Source: Octopus vulgaris
Lineage: Eukaryota
Length of the DNA stretch: 64,000 nt
Direction: 5' to 3'
Assembly: GCA_951406725.2 (NCBI GenBank)
Contig: OX597815.1
Location: 125,984,001 to 126,048,000, forward strand
Within the stretch, counting starts at the first letter, position 1. Each line of letters begins with the position of its first letter. Positions 41,922 to 56,589 of this stretch are shown here, piece after piece. The translations under genes and the position numbers were made by a program. Below the pieces are notes generated by a model. It was not told the origin of the DNA. It did no database searches and saw nothing but the letters and a program-made list of their open reading frames with translations.

Positions 41922-42990
41922 GGATGCCCCTTGGAGCTCCACTATGCAGATGACCTTTCTCTAATAGCAGAGTCACTACCAGAACTATAGAAGTTTCAGG
42001 TGTAGAAGCAAGGTTTAGAATCGAAGGGCTTTAGAATTAACCTAGCAAAAACCAAAGTCATAGTAAGTAGGAAGGCAGACAAATCACAAATCCCTTCATG
42101 TAAATGGCCCTGCTTGATCTGTAGAAAAGGCATAGGTGGAAACTCCATAAAATGTACCCAGTGTGATCTATGGACACATAAGAGGTGCAGCAGTATCAAA
42201 GGAAGGTTAACTGGAAAGATAGTTTTTGTGTGTGGCAGATGCACAGGGGAAATAAACATCACATGCCAGGGGGAAAAACTAGTTGTTGATAGCTTCCATT
42301 ACCTAAGGGACCAAGTCAGTGGCTGGGGTGAGTGCTCTGAGAGTATAGCTGCAAGAATAAGAATAGAGAGGGCAAAGTTCAGAGAGCTCCTACCTTTGCT
42401 GGTAACAAAGGGCCTCTTGCTCAGAGTAAAAGGTAGACTGTATGATGCCTGTGTGCAAACAGCCATGCTACACGGCAGTGACACATGGGCCATGACTACT
42501 GAGGACATGTGTAGGCTTGAAAGAAATGAAGCTAGTACGCTTTGCTTGATATGTAATGTCAGTGTACATACACAATAAAGTGTAAGCATCTCGAGGAAAA
42601 AAGTTGAAAAAAGAAGCATCAGATATGGTATGCAAGAGAGATGACTGTGCTGGTATGGTCATGTGTTGCGTATGGTTGAGGACAACTGTTTCACACCCTA
42701 ACAGTGGAGGGAACCTGTGGAAGAGGGAGACCCGGGAAGACCTGGGATGAGGTGGTGAAGTACAACCATCGAATGTTGGGCCTCACAGAGGAAATGACAA
42801 GCGACTGGGACCTTTGGAGATATGCTGCGCTTGAGAAGACCCAACAAGCCAAGTGAGATCGTAATCATGACCGATCTCTTCAGATCAGATTGGCGCCTGT
42901 CTCACCCTCTGGCTTGCCAGTCCTCGATTAAACCGTCCAACCTACGCTAGCATGGAAAGCGGACATTAAACGATGATAATGATGATGATG
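41922..42990 (+). mobile_element. RTE-clade LINE 3' fragment (RT C-terminal part with PHD-like finger), decayed
   Basis: YADD at 41943-54, KTKV, CLIC...CTQCDLWTHKRC...CGRC, F.YL, WYGHVLRM, GRGRPGKTW. Several stops and frameshifts; (GAT)n tail. Confidence 0.9.
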
Positions 42991-43505
42991 CTTTAGGGAT
43001 CATGAACCAATATTTATGCAGCATGTGTTTCTTCCTATTTCAATCTCCCTTGACTTGCTCCATGTTGTTTTTGGTCTGCTATGTCTGCATCTCCCTTAGA
43101 CTGTCCATCGCAAAGCTTGCTATGTAATATTAGTTTTATATAGGTTGTGTTCTCCACCAAACCCATTTACTCCTCTTTATCTATCTTCCTGCCTGCATGT
43201 CAGTTCATATATCTAGCCGTTTCTCTCTTTCTCTTTCTCTCTCTCTCCTTCCCTCTTTCTCTCTCTCTCCTTCCCTCTTTCTCTCTCTTTCTCTTTCTCT
43301 CTTTGTCTCTCTCACTCTCTCTCTGTTTATCTATCTATATGCCCGTGTATCAGTTTACCGGCTTTCCTGTCATTTGATAGGAACGAGAGTTCTATGACAT
43401 TAAAGCAGCAGATATCAACATAATATATGCAAGATATAAAATGTACAACCTAATTTATTCACTGTAATAGAAAATAGAAAACTGAAGTTATTTCACCTTT
43501 TTCAG

Positions 43506-43578
<73 letters not shown>
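43506..43578. repeat. (CTA)n microsatellite
   Basis: Read directly. Confidence 0.95.
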
Positions 43579-46500
43579 CTATCGCAGAAGTTAAAAGTGT
43601 ATTAATAGTCTGATTCGCATTGATGTTACTGCTGAAACTGTTAACACATACATACACACACCACCGCTACCACCACCACCACCACCACCACTTTTCTTTT
43701 GTTACTGAATGATCTGGCTACGACGTTACGAGGGATAACTGCGTCTTCACGGATCTGAGGGGTTCATATCTCAGGCGGTCAATCACATGATCCGGGCATT
43801 AGAAGTTGGGTGTTGGTGGAACGGTAGTGTTACGCATCTACTGATAGCTTACTTATTACATAGTAAAACCATTTCAGTCTCTTCCTTCATACTTCGTCAG
43901 TGGTGTGTGTCATGCGAAGAGATATTTTTAAAATAAACATTTTGAAGTCTGCCTCGCCATGATATTCCAAGTGCACAGCCATGAAACTATTTTGCATTAA
44001 CCTCTAGTCTTGCGTTTATTTTCAGGTTTTAATATTTACGTTAGCAGTGTGTATGCTGCGATTGGGACATTACAAGGAAAACGTTGTACAACATAATTTT
44101 GAGTTGCTTCCTGATATCACGCCTCTTTGAGATTGCGTTTCTTTGTCTTCGAAACACTGTATATGCCAGTGAGATCATTTCTTTTTCATTACTTCTCATG
44201 TATGCTGCCGAAAAATACAATCCCTTCCTATCTAGGGGATAGACTCTTGCACTTCACGTTCTTTATTTTCATACCTCACTTTATACATGCTTTGTTCAGT
44301 AGACATTTTGAATTTGTAAAAAATCATAGATATAAGGACCGTGCCGTTAGTATATCTAATATCTATGGAGAGGTCACTTGTAAGTGTTACACTTTTATCA
44401 AACCTTTCAGTTTTTCATGCCCCCAATTCCTGGAAAATGTTTAAAAAGGTGAAAGATAGAAAGCAACTTTGTTTCAGAATTACTCATATTTCAAACCAAT
44501 CTACCAAGAAACCACCGTAGACTATACTACATCCAGTATTGTTGTACCACCTTCTATAATTTGCATTACATTTTGGTCTATACTTACAGTTGCCACCATC
44601 GTCCGCTAGATTGTGTCGAAGGCAGCTTTACATTGATGAAATTGAAATGTAAGGTCACTTTTGTGTTTAGTCATTTGGTCGACAATAATGGCGGCAGCTC
44701 GCCTCAACAAACAAATTTAACTTTCAAGCAGTTTCCTTGTTTCCCTTTTCATTCTGTCGTTTCTTCGGTTTTACTGTTCATTCATAGCATCAACATGAGA
44801 GAAATCAAATGGTTTTCGGGATTCTGGTTTATCATTCCTTATAAATAATGATGTTACTTATATGTCAGCCCAGTCATTTGTTCTCTTTTCTATTTTCCAT
44901 ATTATGTTTGATAGTGTAGATAAGCTTCTGCTGAATTTTGAACCACCACTCTCAAATTTTCCCAGCTCAAAACCATGACCAACCATATCGCCATAAAAGG
45001 CAACGTGTTACCATAAAAGGTATTAATGCCTACGCACATATGACTTGATCAATCAGTACTGGCTGACTTGTTATGGATGATACGACGAATTTCAAAGAAG
45101 TGAGCGAGTTTTCCCCGCCAAGTTGCTTGATCGAAGATTCTGGAAAATTTGGCTCATAGTTATAAAAACTCGGTAAAATCAACCTAAAAAAAAGCAGCCT
45201 ACCATTCCACACGAAACTACGTCACTTTGTTCAGTTTGTTGGTCTCTCATCCGATTTGACTTCGTCTTACTTAACATGCTTATGTCATATTTGACAAAAG
45301 CACATGCCTCGAATTGTAGTGCTGAATTACGCGCAATGATTATGTGCAATAGTATTAATTTCTTCTACTTATTTCATCTTCAGTAACTCTGAACTACTTT
45401 CATTATATAATCTAGCATGTTGTATTACACAAGATTGCTAATATGTTTGTTTTCATGACCGTTGTTCCATAAAATTAATTATATGTACACATGTAAATAT
45501 GAGCGATAAGGGTTAATAAAAAAATATAAAAACTGCAATAAATACCGGCGTGGTCATTTTTCTCTTCAACGGAGCCTACTTAAAATTGTGAACAATTAAC
45601 GAAGAATTAAAATAGAATGGAATGTACGACTTGAAATACTGGGGGCATTACCGTTTTCAACTCTTTTCATTGCACTTTCTATTTGCTCGTTTGCTATATT
45701 TACATGAGTATCCATATCAGATGAGCCATCCATAGATTCTGATGTTGCTTCCGTGCTGTGTGGGAGTTTAGTGTTAATAAACTTTCAACATTGATATATT
45801 TCTGTTGTATTTGCAGGCATGTTGCTGATTTCGTGTTTGAAATTATCATTGATCTTGAAATTACCTTCTTGTAATTCTACTTGTAGGTTTTTGTTCTTTC
45901 ATATCTTTGTATCTTGACTGTAGATTTGGTCTTTGATAATATCGCCTGAATTATTGAATATTTCTATTCTAGTTTTCGCCTTTGTTATAGCACGCCCGTT
46001 TCTGATGCTGGGTATATGATTTGTTTTCGAACCTTCAAACCAACGGTTCTGTTTTCTTAGGAAGACATTTACACTTTATCTATCTCATTCATCTCAAGCA
46101 AGGATGTAAAGAAAAGGTAGCTGTAGTACCTTCAAGTGAGCAAGTGAGCAAGCCATACTATACAACTACATGTGGATGCAGATTCCTATATTAACACGTC
46201 TTTTAATTGTATCTACTTAATATCTTATTAAACCTACTGGTCAGCAACTGCTTACTACCTCTGCAATGAGCATAACCTGGATTACTTTTATCCATTTCAC
46301 TAGGGGCAACAGTAGTTCCAGGATACTCCCTTGTCCATTGTCTTGGCTGGCAAGCGAAACCTAGACGGAAGGTGATACCTTATGCAGTAGCAGTATTTCT
46401 AATGATATAGATGGAGCAGATGAGCGTTCATACATAGATATATGCAAATATACATACATTGTAGCCATCTCGCTAGACGAATATGTCAATCACAGACAAA

Positions 46501-46793
46501 TTATCATCTTTCAAGATGTTAAACCCTATGACTGTTAGTAATACTCGTGCTGGAATTTAAAGTCGGTAACAGCTTACAAACCCAAGTTGTCTAGAAAGAA
46601 GCAAGATCTCCAGCTTCGCAATGAGGTGAATGTTATCTAGAAATTTCGTTCTCAAACTAGGCAAGACTGAAGGAAGCTTGGGAAATGACGCCCCAACAGA
46701 CATACATACATACATGCATGCATACATACATACATACATACATACATACATACATACATACATACATACATACATACATACATACATACATAC

Positions 46794-47040
46794 TTCGAAG
46801 GCTATGCGTTTGCAATTCAAGACAAGGAAACAACAACAAAATACTTCATAAACAAAAGAGACAGTGAAGTCCTTGGGGCTCCAAAATGCAACCGAAAATG
46901 TGGATTATGTCATTTCTTTGGAAGACATCACACATGTGATCCGCAGTCATCCCAAAATGTTATCAAGATACTAATTCCCCAATGTGACATGATGTTGTCT
47001 CTAAAACAACGCACAACGCTGTCCGAGAAAGAAAAGGACT
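46794..47040 (+). mobile_element. R4/Dong-like RLE retrotransposon fragment (CCHC region)
   Basis: FEGYAFAIQDKETTTKYFINKR...CNRKCGLC(fs)EDITHVI...KMLSRY...HDVV, matching the post-RT CCHC region of RLE elements. Confidence 0.65.
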
Positions 47041-47089
47041 GTCTTGGGATAAATACAGAGAATCACCCTACTTTTAAATACATACATAA

Positions 47090-47525
47090 GCTCAGAACGT
47101 AATGACAGACGAAATACCTATTTCTTTACTATCCACAAGGGGCTAAACACAGAGGGGACAAACAAAGACAGACAAACGTGTTAAGTCGATTATATCGACC
47201 CCAGTGCGTAACTGGTACTCATTTAATTGACCCCGAAACAATGAAAGGCGAAGTCGACCTCGGGGGAATTTAAACTCAGAACGTAATGACAGGCGAAATA
47301 CCTATTTCTTTACTACCCACAAGGGGCTAAACACAGAGGGAACAAACAAGAACAGACAAACGGATTAAGTCGATTATATAGACTCCAGTGCGTAACTGGT
47401 ACTCATTTAATCGACCCCGAAAGGATGAAAGGCAAAGTTGACCTCGGCGGAATTTGAATCAGAACGTAGCGGCAGACGAAATATCGCTAAGCATTTCGCC
47501 CAGTGTGCTAATGTTTCTGCCAGCT
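47090..47525 (-). mobile_element. Tandem partial duplication of a family A SINE
   Basis: The ~185-bp unit ctcagaacgtaatgacag...ggaattt occurs twice head to tail; CpGs are retained. Confidence 0.8.
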
Positions 47526-47823
47526 TTCAGATACAACTTATTTTTGCCACTTGAATGAACTGGAATAAAGTGAAATAAAGAATCTTGCTCAAGGACACAA
47601 GGAGCTGCCAGGAATCGAATTCATGGCCTTATGATCGTGGGCTGAATACCCTATCCACTATGCTACACATCGTGACCTCGCTGCATGTAACAAAGAATAA
47701 ACCTCAAGAGATAAGCCAGAATTATTAATTGAATTAATTAACAGGAGTAAACGGTAGCCGCTCACGACTAGCAATTTAAAATTTTTCTTGGCTTAGAAAA
47801 TTACTATTTTAAAATCTCACAAT

Positions 47824-49945
47824 GGGCTAAATTACAGCAACATAACTGGGGCTAAATTACAGCAACATAAGTGGGACTAAATTACAGCAACATAACTGGG
47901 GCTAAATTACAGCAACATAACTGGGACTAAATTACAGTAACATAACTCGGACTAAATTACAGCAACATAACTGGGGCTAAATTACAGCAACATAACTGGG
48001 GCTAAATTACAGCAACATGACTGGGGCTAACTTACAGCAACATAACTGGGGCTAAATTACAGCAACATAACTGGGGCTAAATTACAGCAACATAACTGGG
48101 GCTAAATTACAGCAACATAACTGGGGCTAAATTACAGCAACATAACTGGGACTAAATTACAGCAACATAACTGGGGCTAAATTACAGCAACATAACTGGG
48201 GCTAACTTACAGCAACATAACTGGGGCTAAATTACAGCAACATAACTGGGGCTAAATTACAGCAACATAACTGGGACTAAATTACAGCAACATAACTGGG
48301 GCTAAATTACAGCAACATAACTGGGGCTAAATTACAGCAACATAACTGGGGCTAAATTACAGCAACATAACTGGGGCTAACTTACAGCAACATAACTGGG
48401 GCTAAATTACAGCAACATAACTGGGGCTAAATTACAGCAACATAACTGGGGCTAAATTACAGCAACATAACTGGGGCTAACTTACAGCAACATAACTGGG
48501 GCTAAATTACAGCAACATAACTGGGGCTAAATTACAGCAACATAACTGGGGCTAAATTACAGCAACATAACTGGGGCTAACTTACAGCAACATAACTGGG
48601 GCTAAATTACAGCAACATAACTGGGGCTAAATTACAGCAACATAACTGGGGCTAACTTACAGCAACATAACTGGGACTAAATTACAGCAACATAACTGGG
48701 ACTAAATTACAGCAACATAACTGGGGCTAACTTACAGCAACATAACTGGGACTAAATTACGGCAACATAACTGGGACTAAATTACAGCAACATAACTGGG
48801 GCTAACTTACAGCAACATAACTGGGACTAAATTACAGCAACATAACTGGGACTAAATTACAGCAACATAACTGGGACTAAATTACAGCAACATAACTGGG
48901 ACTAAATTACAGCAACATAACTGGGGCTAAATTACAGCAACATAACTGGGGCTAACTTACAGCAACATAACTGGGACTAAATTACAGCAACATAACTGGG
49001 ACTAAATTACAGCAACATAACTGGGGCTAAATTACAGCAACATAACTGGGGCTAACTTACAGCAACATAACTGGGACTAAATTACGGCAACATAACTGGG
49101 ACTAAATTACAGCAACATAACTGGGGCTAACTTACAGCAACATAACTGGGGCTAAATTACAGCAACATAACTGGGGCTAAATTACAGCAACATAACTGGG
49201 GCTAAATTACAGCAACATAACTGGGGCTAACTTACAGCAACATAACTGGGGCTAAATTACAGCAACATAACTGGGGCTAAATTACAGCAACATAACTGGG
49301 GCTAAATTACAGCAACATAACTGGGGCTAACTTACAGCAACATAACTGGGGCTAAATTACAGCAACATAACTGGGGCTAAATTACAGCAACATAACTGGG
49401 GCTAACTTACAGCAACATAACTGGGACTAAATTACAGCAACATAACTGGGACTAAATTACGGCAACATAACTGGGACTAAATTACAGCAACATAACTGGG
49501 GCTAACTTACAGCAACATAACTGGGACTAAATTACAGCAACATAACTGGGACTAAATTACAGCAACATAACTGGGGCTAACTTACAGCAACATAACTGGG
49601 ACTAAATTACAGCAACATAACTGGGACTAAATTACAGCAACATAACTGGGGCTAACTTACAGCAACATAACTGGGACTAAATTACAGCAACATAACTGGG
49701 ACTAAATTACAGCAACATAACTGGGGCTAACTTACAGCAACATAACTGGGGCTAACCTACAGCAACATAACTGGGGCTAAATTACAGCAACATAACTGGG
49801 GCTAACTTACAGCAACATAACTGGGGCTAACTTACAGTAACATAACTGGGGCTAACTTACAGCAACATAACTGGGGCTAACTTACAGCAACATAACTGGG
49901 GCTAAATTTCAGCAACATAACTGAGGCTAAATTACTGCAACATTA
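47824..49945. repeat. Minisatellite array, 25-bp unit, about 85 copies
   Basis: Unit GCTAAATTACAGCAACATAACTGGG with interspersed variants ACTAAA, GCTAAC and rare GGCAAC. No spacers. Confidence 0.97.
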
Positions 49946-49947
49946 GT

Positions 49948-50163
49948 CCTGGACATTGTTGTAGAGCTGAAAAAGAAGTAATTTCTACTCTTCTCCCCTG
50001 GAAGCCAGCTACTCGCAATACCAGAGGGCGCACACTCTCCTACCCTGATGTAATCTCCAGGGATACAGACATCCAGCAACAGGACCTCCGTAATGCCATG
50101 ATGGACCGTTAGCATGGTAAATTCCATTGTCTCGACCACGGTCGAACAATGATGATGATGATG
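49948..50163 (+). mobile_element. RTE/RTEX LINE extreme 3' fragment
   Basis: GHCCRAEKEVISTLLPWKPATRNTRGRTLSYPDVISRDT...DLRNAMMDR followed by a (GAT)n tail. Confidence 0.75.
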
Positions 50164-50774
50164 CTGGTTCGAGTCTATAGGTTTATTCCATAGATTATTG
50201 AGAGTTTTTCACCACTATGTTGTTTATCTTTTTCTTGTTTCATCATTAGACTGAGGCCATGCTGGAGTATCACCTCGAAGAATTTTTAGTCGAATGCATA
50301 GACCCCAGTGCTTATTGTTTTTAAAGCCACTAGGCTTATTCTGTCGGTCTCTTTTGCCAAACTGCTAGGTGACGGGGATGTAAACACATCAAAACGTATA
50401 TGTGTGTTTAACACCACTGCTCTGAAAGGGGTGTAGTGGTGTTGAACCTGCTGGGAATTTTAAAAATTAAAGTATGTTTGTAGTCTACGGTCGAAATCTT
50501 TGGTGTGATTCGGAATAGGAAAATATACAGAATACTAGTACTAAAGACTGCGTCTTTCCTAAATATTTGGGGGACGTGCATAAGAGGGTGATGGGATTGT
50601 GTTATCTTCACTTAAGATTTTGTTAACGGTTAAACATTGTGATAAATTCACTCAAATTTTTTGATACTGGTGATTTGGCAGTATTGTCAAGAGTAATATT
50701 GTAATTGTTGAAATGAGCAGCCTTTTGTTTAGGTTAGTGATTTAGTTAGACTGTGACTAAAATCATCATCATTT

Positions 50775-50917
50775 TCTTCTTCTTCTTCTTCTTCTTCTTC
50801 TTCTTCTTCTTCTTCTTCTTCTTCTTCTTCTTCTTCTTCTTCTTCTTCTTCTTCTTCTTCTTCTTCTTCTTCTTCTTCTTCTTCTTCTTCTTCTTCTTCT
50901 TCTTCTTCTTCTTCTTC
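50775..50917. repeat. (TTC)n microsatellite, about 47 units
   Basis: Read directly. It may be the (GAA)n tail of a decayed minus-strand LINE. Confidence 0.95.
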
Positions 50918-52572
50918 GAGCTGATCCGTATTTTGCAGGCCTAGTATCGAAGACATTACCGTTCTAATTTTGAGGAATATGTTATCTAAAGTGTCCTTCT
51001 TCAAAAAAACGAAAGCGCGTGTAATCTGTAGAAGATTGCTTTTAGTCATAATGACAGTAGTAGGTGCGCACTTTCTTGTTTGTATTCCCGCCTTCTTTCT
51101 GTGATTTTTGGTGGTTAATTTTCGAAAGATGCTTGATAAAGACATTAATTTTATATTAGAATGTGGGTTGTAATCTGAAGTTGTTATGGTGAAGTATGGT
51201 ATGATGTGACTAATTAGAGTTGTTGATGCTGCTAATTGTTTCCTATAATGTTTTAGTGCTTGGTTTATATCGAATAAAAATATTTAAAAGTCTCTTTCTT
51301 TTTAGTTTTTTTTAAGTTTCATTTTTATTATATTTTTAATTAGTGTCAAGATTTATTAATTTTATTTCTGTTGTTTTTTGTGTTCTAGTGTCTATCAAGC
51401 TAGCTATTTAATTGGCGTAATTGAATCATTTATTTATTTATTTTAAAAATTAGATTTTGTTTTTATTCCCATTCTTATAAATGAATATATACACACCTTT
51501 TATAATGACTCACTTCCGCATATATCCAAAAGCTTAAAATAATATATTTTTGAAATATCCGCTTTTGAAACAGAATTGAAGGAAAATTTTATAAACACAT
51601 AGCCTGCAAATTCTACCTCCACAATACAAAGGTTAAAATTTCTACGTATTACACAAATTGAGAATAGGCAATGAACACCCAGAGAGAAACATACAGACCA
51701 TCAACCATAACACTCTACCCACATTCTCTAGTAAACATCAAAGCACATAATAAACAAATTTCTATACTAACAATACCATAACATGCCCGACTAATAATCC
51801 TCACCTTCCAAATAAAAGCTGGAAATAACTTATTTAATAACAGCAATAAACAAAGAAACTAACCAGTTAAAGCGTGCTACGTATTTACATTCTTTTGTGA
51901 ACTGCTAAAAATTCTAGAAGTTCACACACCCAATTACTAAATTTTTAAATACTGGACTAAACTTTGAAACTTTGACTTTTACGTTGTCAAAGCAAAGGAT
52001 TAAATCCAATAAAACCAAAAGTAACCAAAACATCTGGCACATCCTGTGCCTACTTGCCAAAAGGAAAATACCTAGATATTCACACCTGCTTACAAAGTTC
52101 GATGTACAAGAATACATTTTAAACAATAACATAACTCCAAATTTAATCAATAAAAGTCTCCATAACAATCTGCCCGCCATACCTAATCACCACTCCACTC
52201 CACTCCAGCCTCCATACTCAAGGAAGATTTTAACTGGACAGGGACTATATAAAGCCAAGATTAATCTCAGCGCATCGTAGTCCAACGACGGTTGAACTAG
52301 CCAAAACTTCGAAGTTATTGTCAAAAATATTCTTGTTTACGAATAATAGACACACATACATGCATATGTACACACACACACACTCACTCACACACACACA
52401 CACACGCATATGTACACAATACAAGCACATATGCACAATACATACACACACATACAGTACTTTCAATCGAAGATGCTTGTCCAAGGTGACACGCAGTAGG
52501 ACTGAACCCAGAACCATGTGGTTAGAAAGCAAGCTATATATACATACCACACATCCATGTCAGCGCGTATAT

Positions 52573-55170
<2,598 letters not shown>

Positions 55171-55205
55171 CTTATAGCAATAGAAAGTAAAAGAGGTTAT
55201 TACAG

Positions 55206-55265
<60 letters not shown>

Positions 55266-55496
55266 CGACTCACATGTTATTATGTGTCGTTATATTACGC
55301 ATATGGGTTGCCTACAGAAGAGTGCTCCACCGAATTTGTTTCTTCCTGTGTTTAGGGAAAATGGGTATTTTGAAATGAAAAGTTGTGCAAATATGCTGAA
55401 GTGAGATAGGAAAATGACAGCTGATCTCATAAATTCTGATGTGGAATAGGTGAAACAAAGGGAAAATGTTTGGTTTAATTTGGTTTCCCAGCAATC

Positions 55497-55800
55497 CTCC
55501 ACAAATCGTGCTAGCGTGCCCTAGCAAAACCACTGTAGATTCTCTTCCAGAGTTTTCTTGCAAATGGCAAGCTGCCAAGCAAACTGAATGAGGGAACAAT
55601 ATGCCCAATCCATAAAGGAGGACGCAGAGCAGGTACCAAAAATTATAGGCCTATCTGTCAGATTTCACACATCAGCAAAGTCATGGAACGGATAGTCAGA
55701 GGGAAACTAATCGCATTCCTTGAAGAAAACGACCCAGCATAGTTTTCGACCAAGTAGGAGCTGCTCGACACTGCTCTTACAGCACTATAACTGGGTGTTA
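55497..55800 (+). mobile_element. CR1/L2-type RT fragment
   Basis: ILFQSFLANGKLP...PIHKGG...NYRPICQISHISKVMERIV...QHSFRPSRSC. Confidence 0.8.
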
Positions 55801-55911
55801 TAGTGCCAGTTATACACACACGCACACACATACATTCTTTTATTCTTTCACATGATGGTGCACCGCCAATATTTATATATATACACACAGACAAGGAAAG
55901 AGAAAAAAAAC

Positions 55912-56205
55912 ACAGATTTGTATTACACGACTAAAGAATATATTAGAATCATCATAGCAAAAGTATCATGCAATATTATACAAAATAGGATTTTTTTCTT
56001 CCAACATAATCGGTTTCGTTAACGCTTTTTCAAAGTTTGAGGGTTGGATACAATACTCCGAATTGAACTCAACCCTCAAACTTTGAAAAACGTTGGCGAA
56101 ATTGATTATGTTAGAAGAAAAAAATCTTCTTTTGTATAATATTGTATAATACTTTTGCTATAGTGATTCTAATATATTCTTTAGTTGTGTAAAACAAACC
56201 ACGTG
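55912..56205. repeat. Foldback inverted repeat
   Basis: ~135-bp arms (55912-56046 / 56070-56205), highly similar, ~23-nt spacer, adjacent to (TA)n. Confidence 0.9.
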
Positions 56206-56589
56206 GAATTAACAACCATACTTTCTATCTTTGATATATATATATATATATGTCACATATATATATCGTCAATAAATCATAAATCCGAAAGAGTAGCGCT
56301 CTCTAAGTTAGACATCAGAAGAGTAATAAGATAAAGATAGCTCAGGCCGGTCTATGAGGTTACCCTGTGTTTCACGTACATAAAGCGCTTAGCTTTACGG
56401 CGTTTTTTCAGATTCTAATCCTATATCATAGGTACGGACGCATATTCTATAGACACAACTTAAGAGTCTCTTTTAGCTGCGTCCCCAGTATTAAGAGTGT
56501 TTTAGTTAGCACTCCTAAACGACGAGCGGGGGCTGGATGCTCCTGCGGGGACTATGACAGATGTCCGGCGAGAGGCCAATGCAAAACCA

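Noticed and set aside
44680-44720. ATGGCGGCA gene start / YY1-like motif
   Set aside because: The ORF stops after 10 codons with no donor site; a single motif is insufficient to call a promoter.
47824-49945. CRISPR-like array
   Set aside because: Contiguous tandem units with no unique spacers, no cas genes, eukaryotic context.
50729-51145. 138-aa ORF with a poly-Glu tract
   Set aside because: The tract is the (TTC)n microsatellite; no splice or homology support.
50450-52310. Decayed LINE-like (Jockey/I) coding remnants on both strands
   Set aside because: The composition is suggestive but the motifs are too degraded to call family or boundaries.
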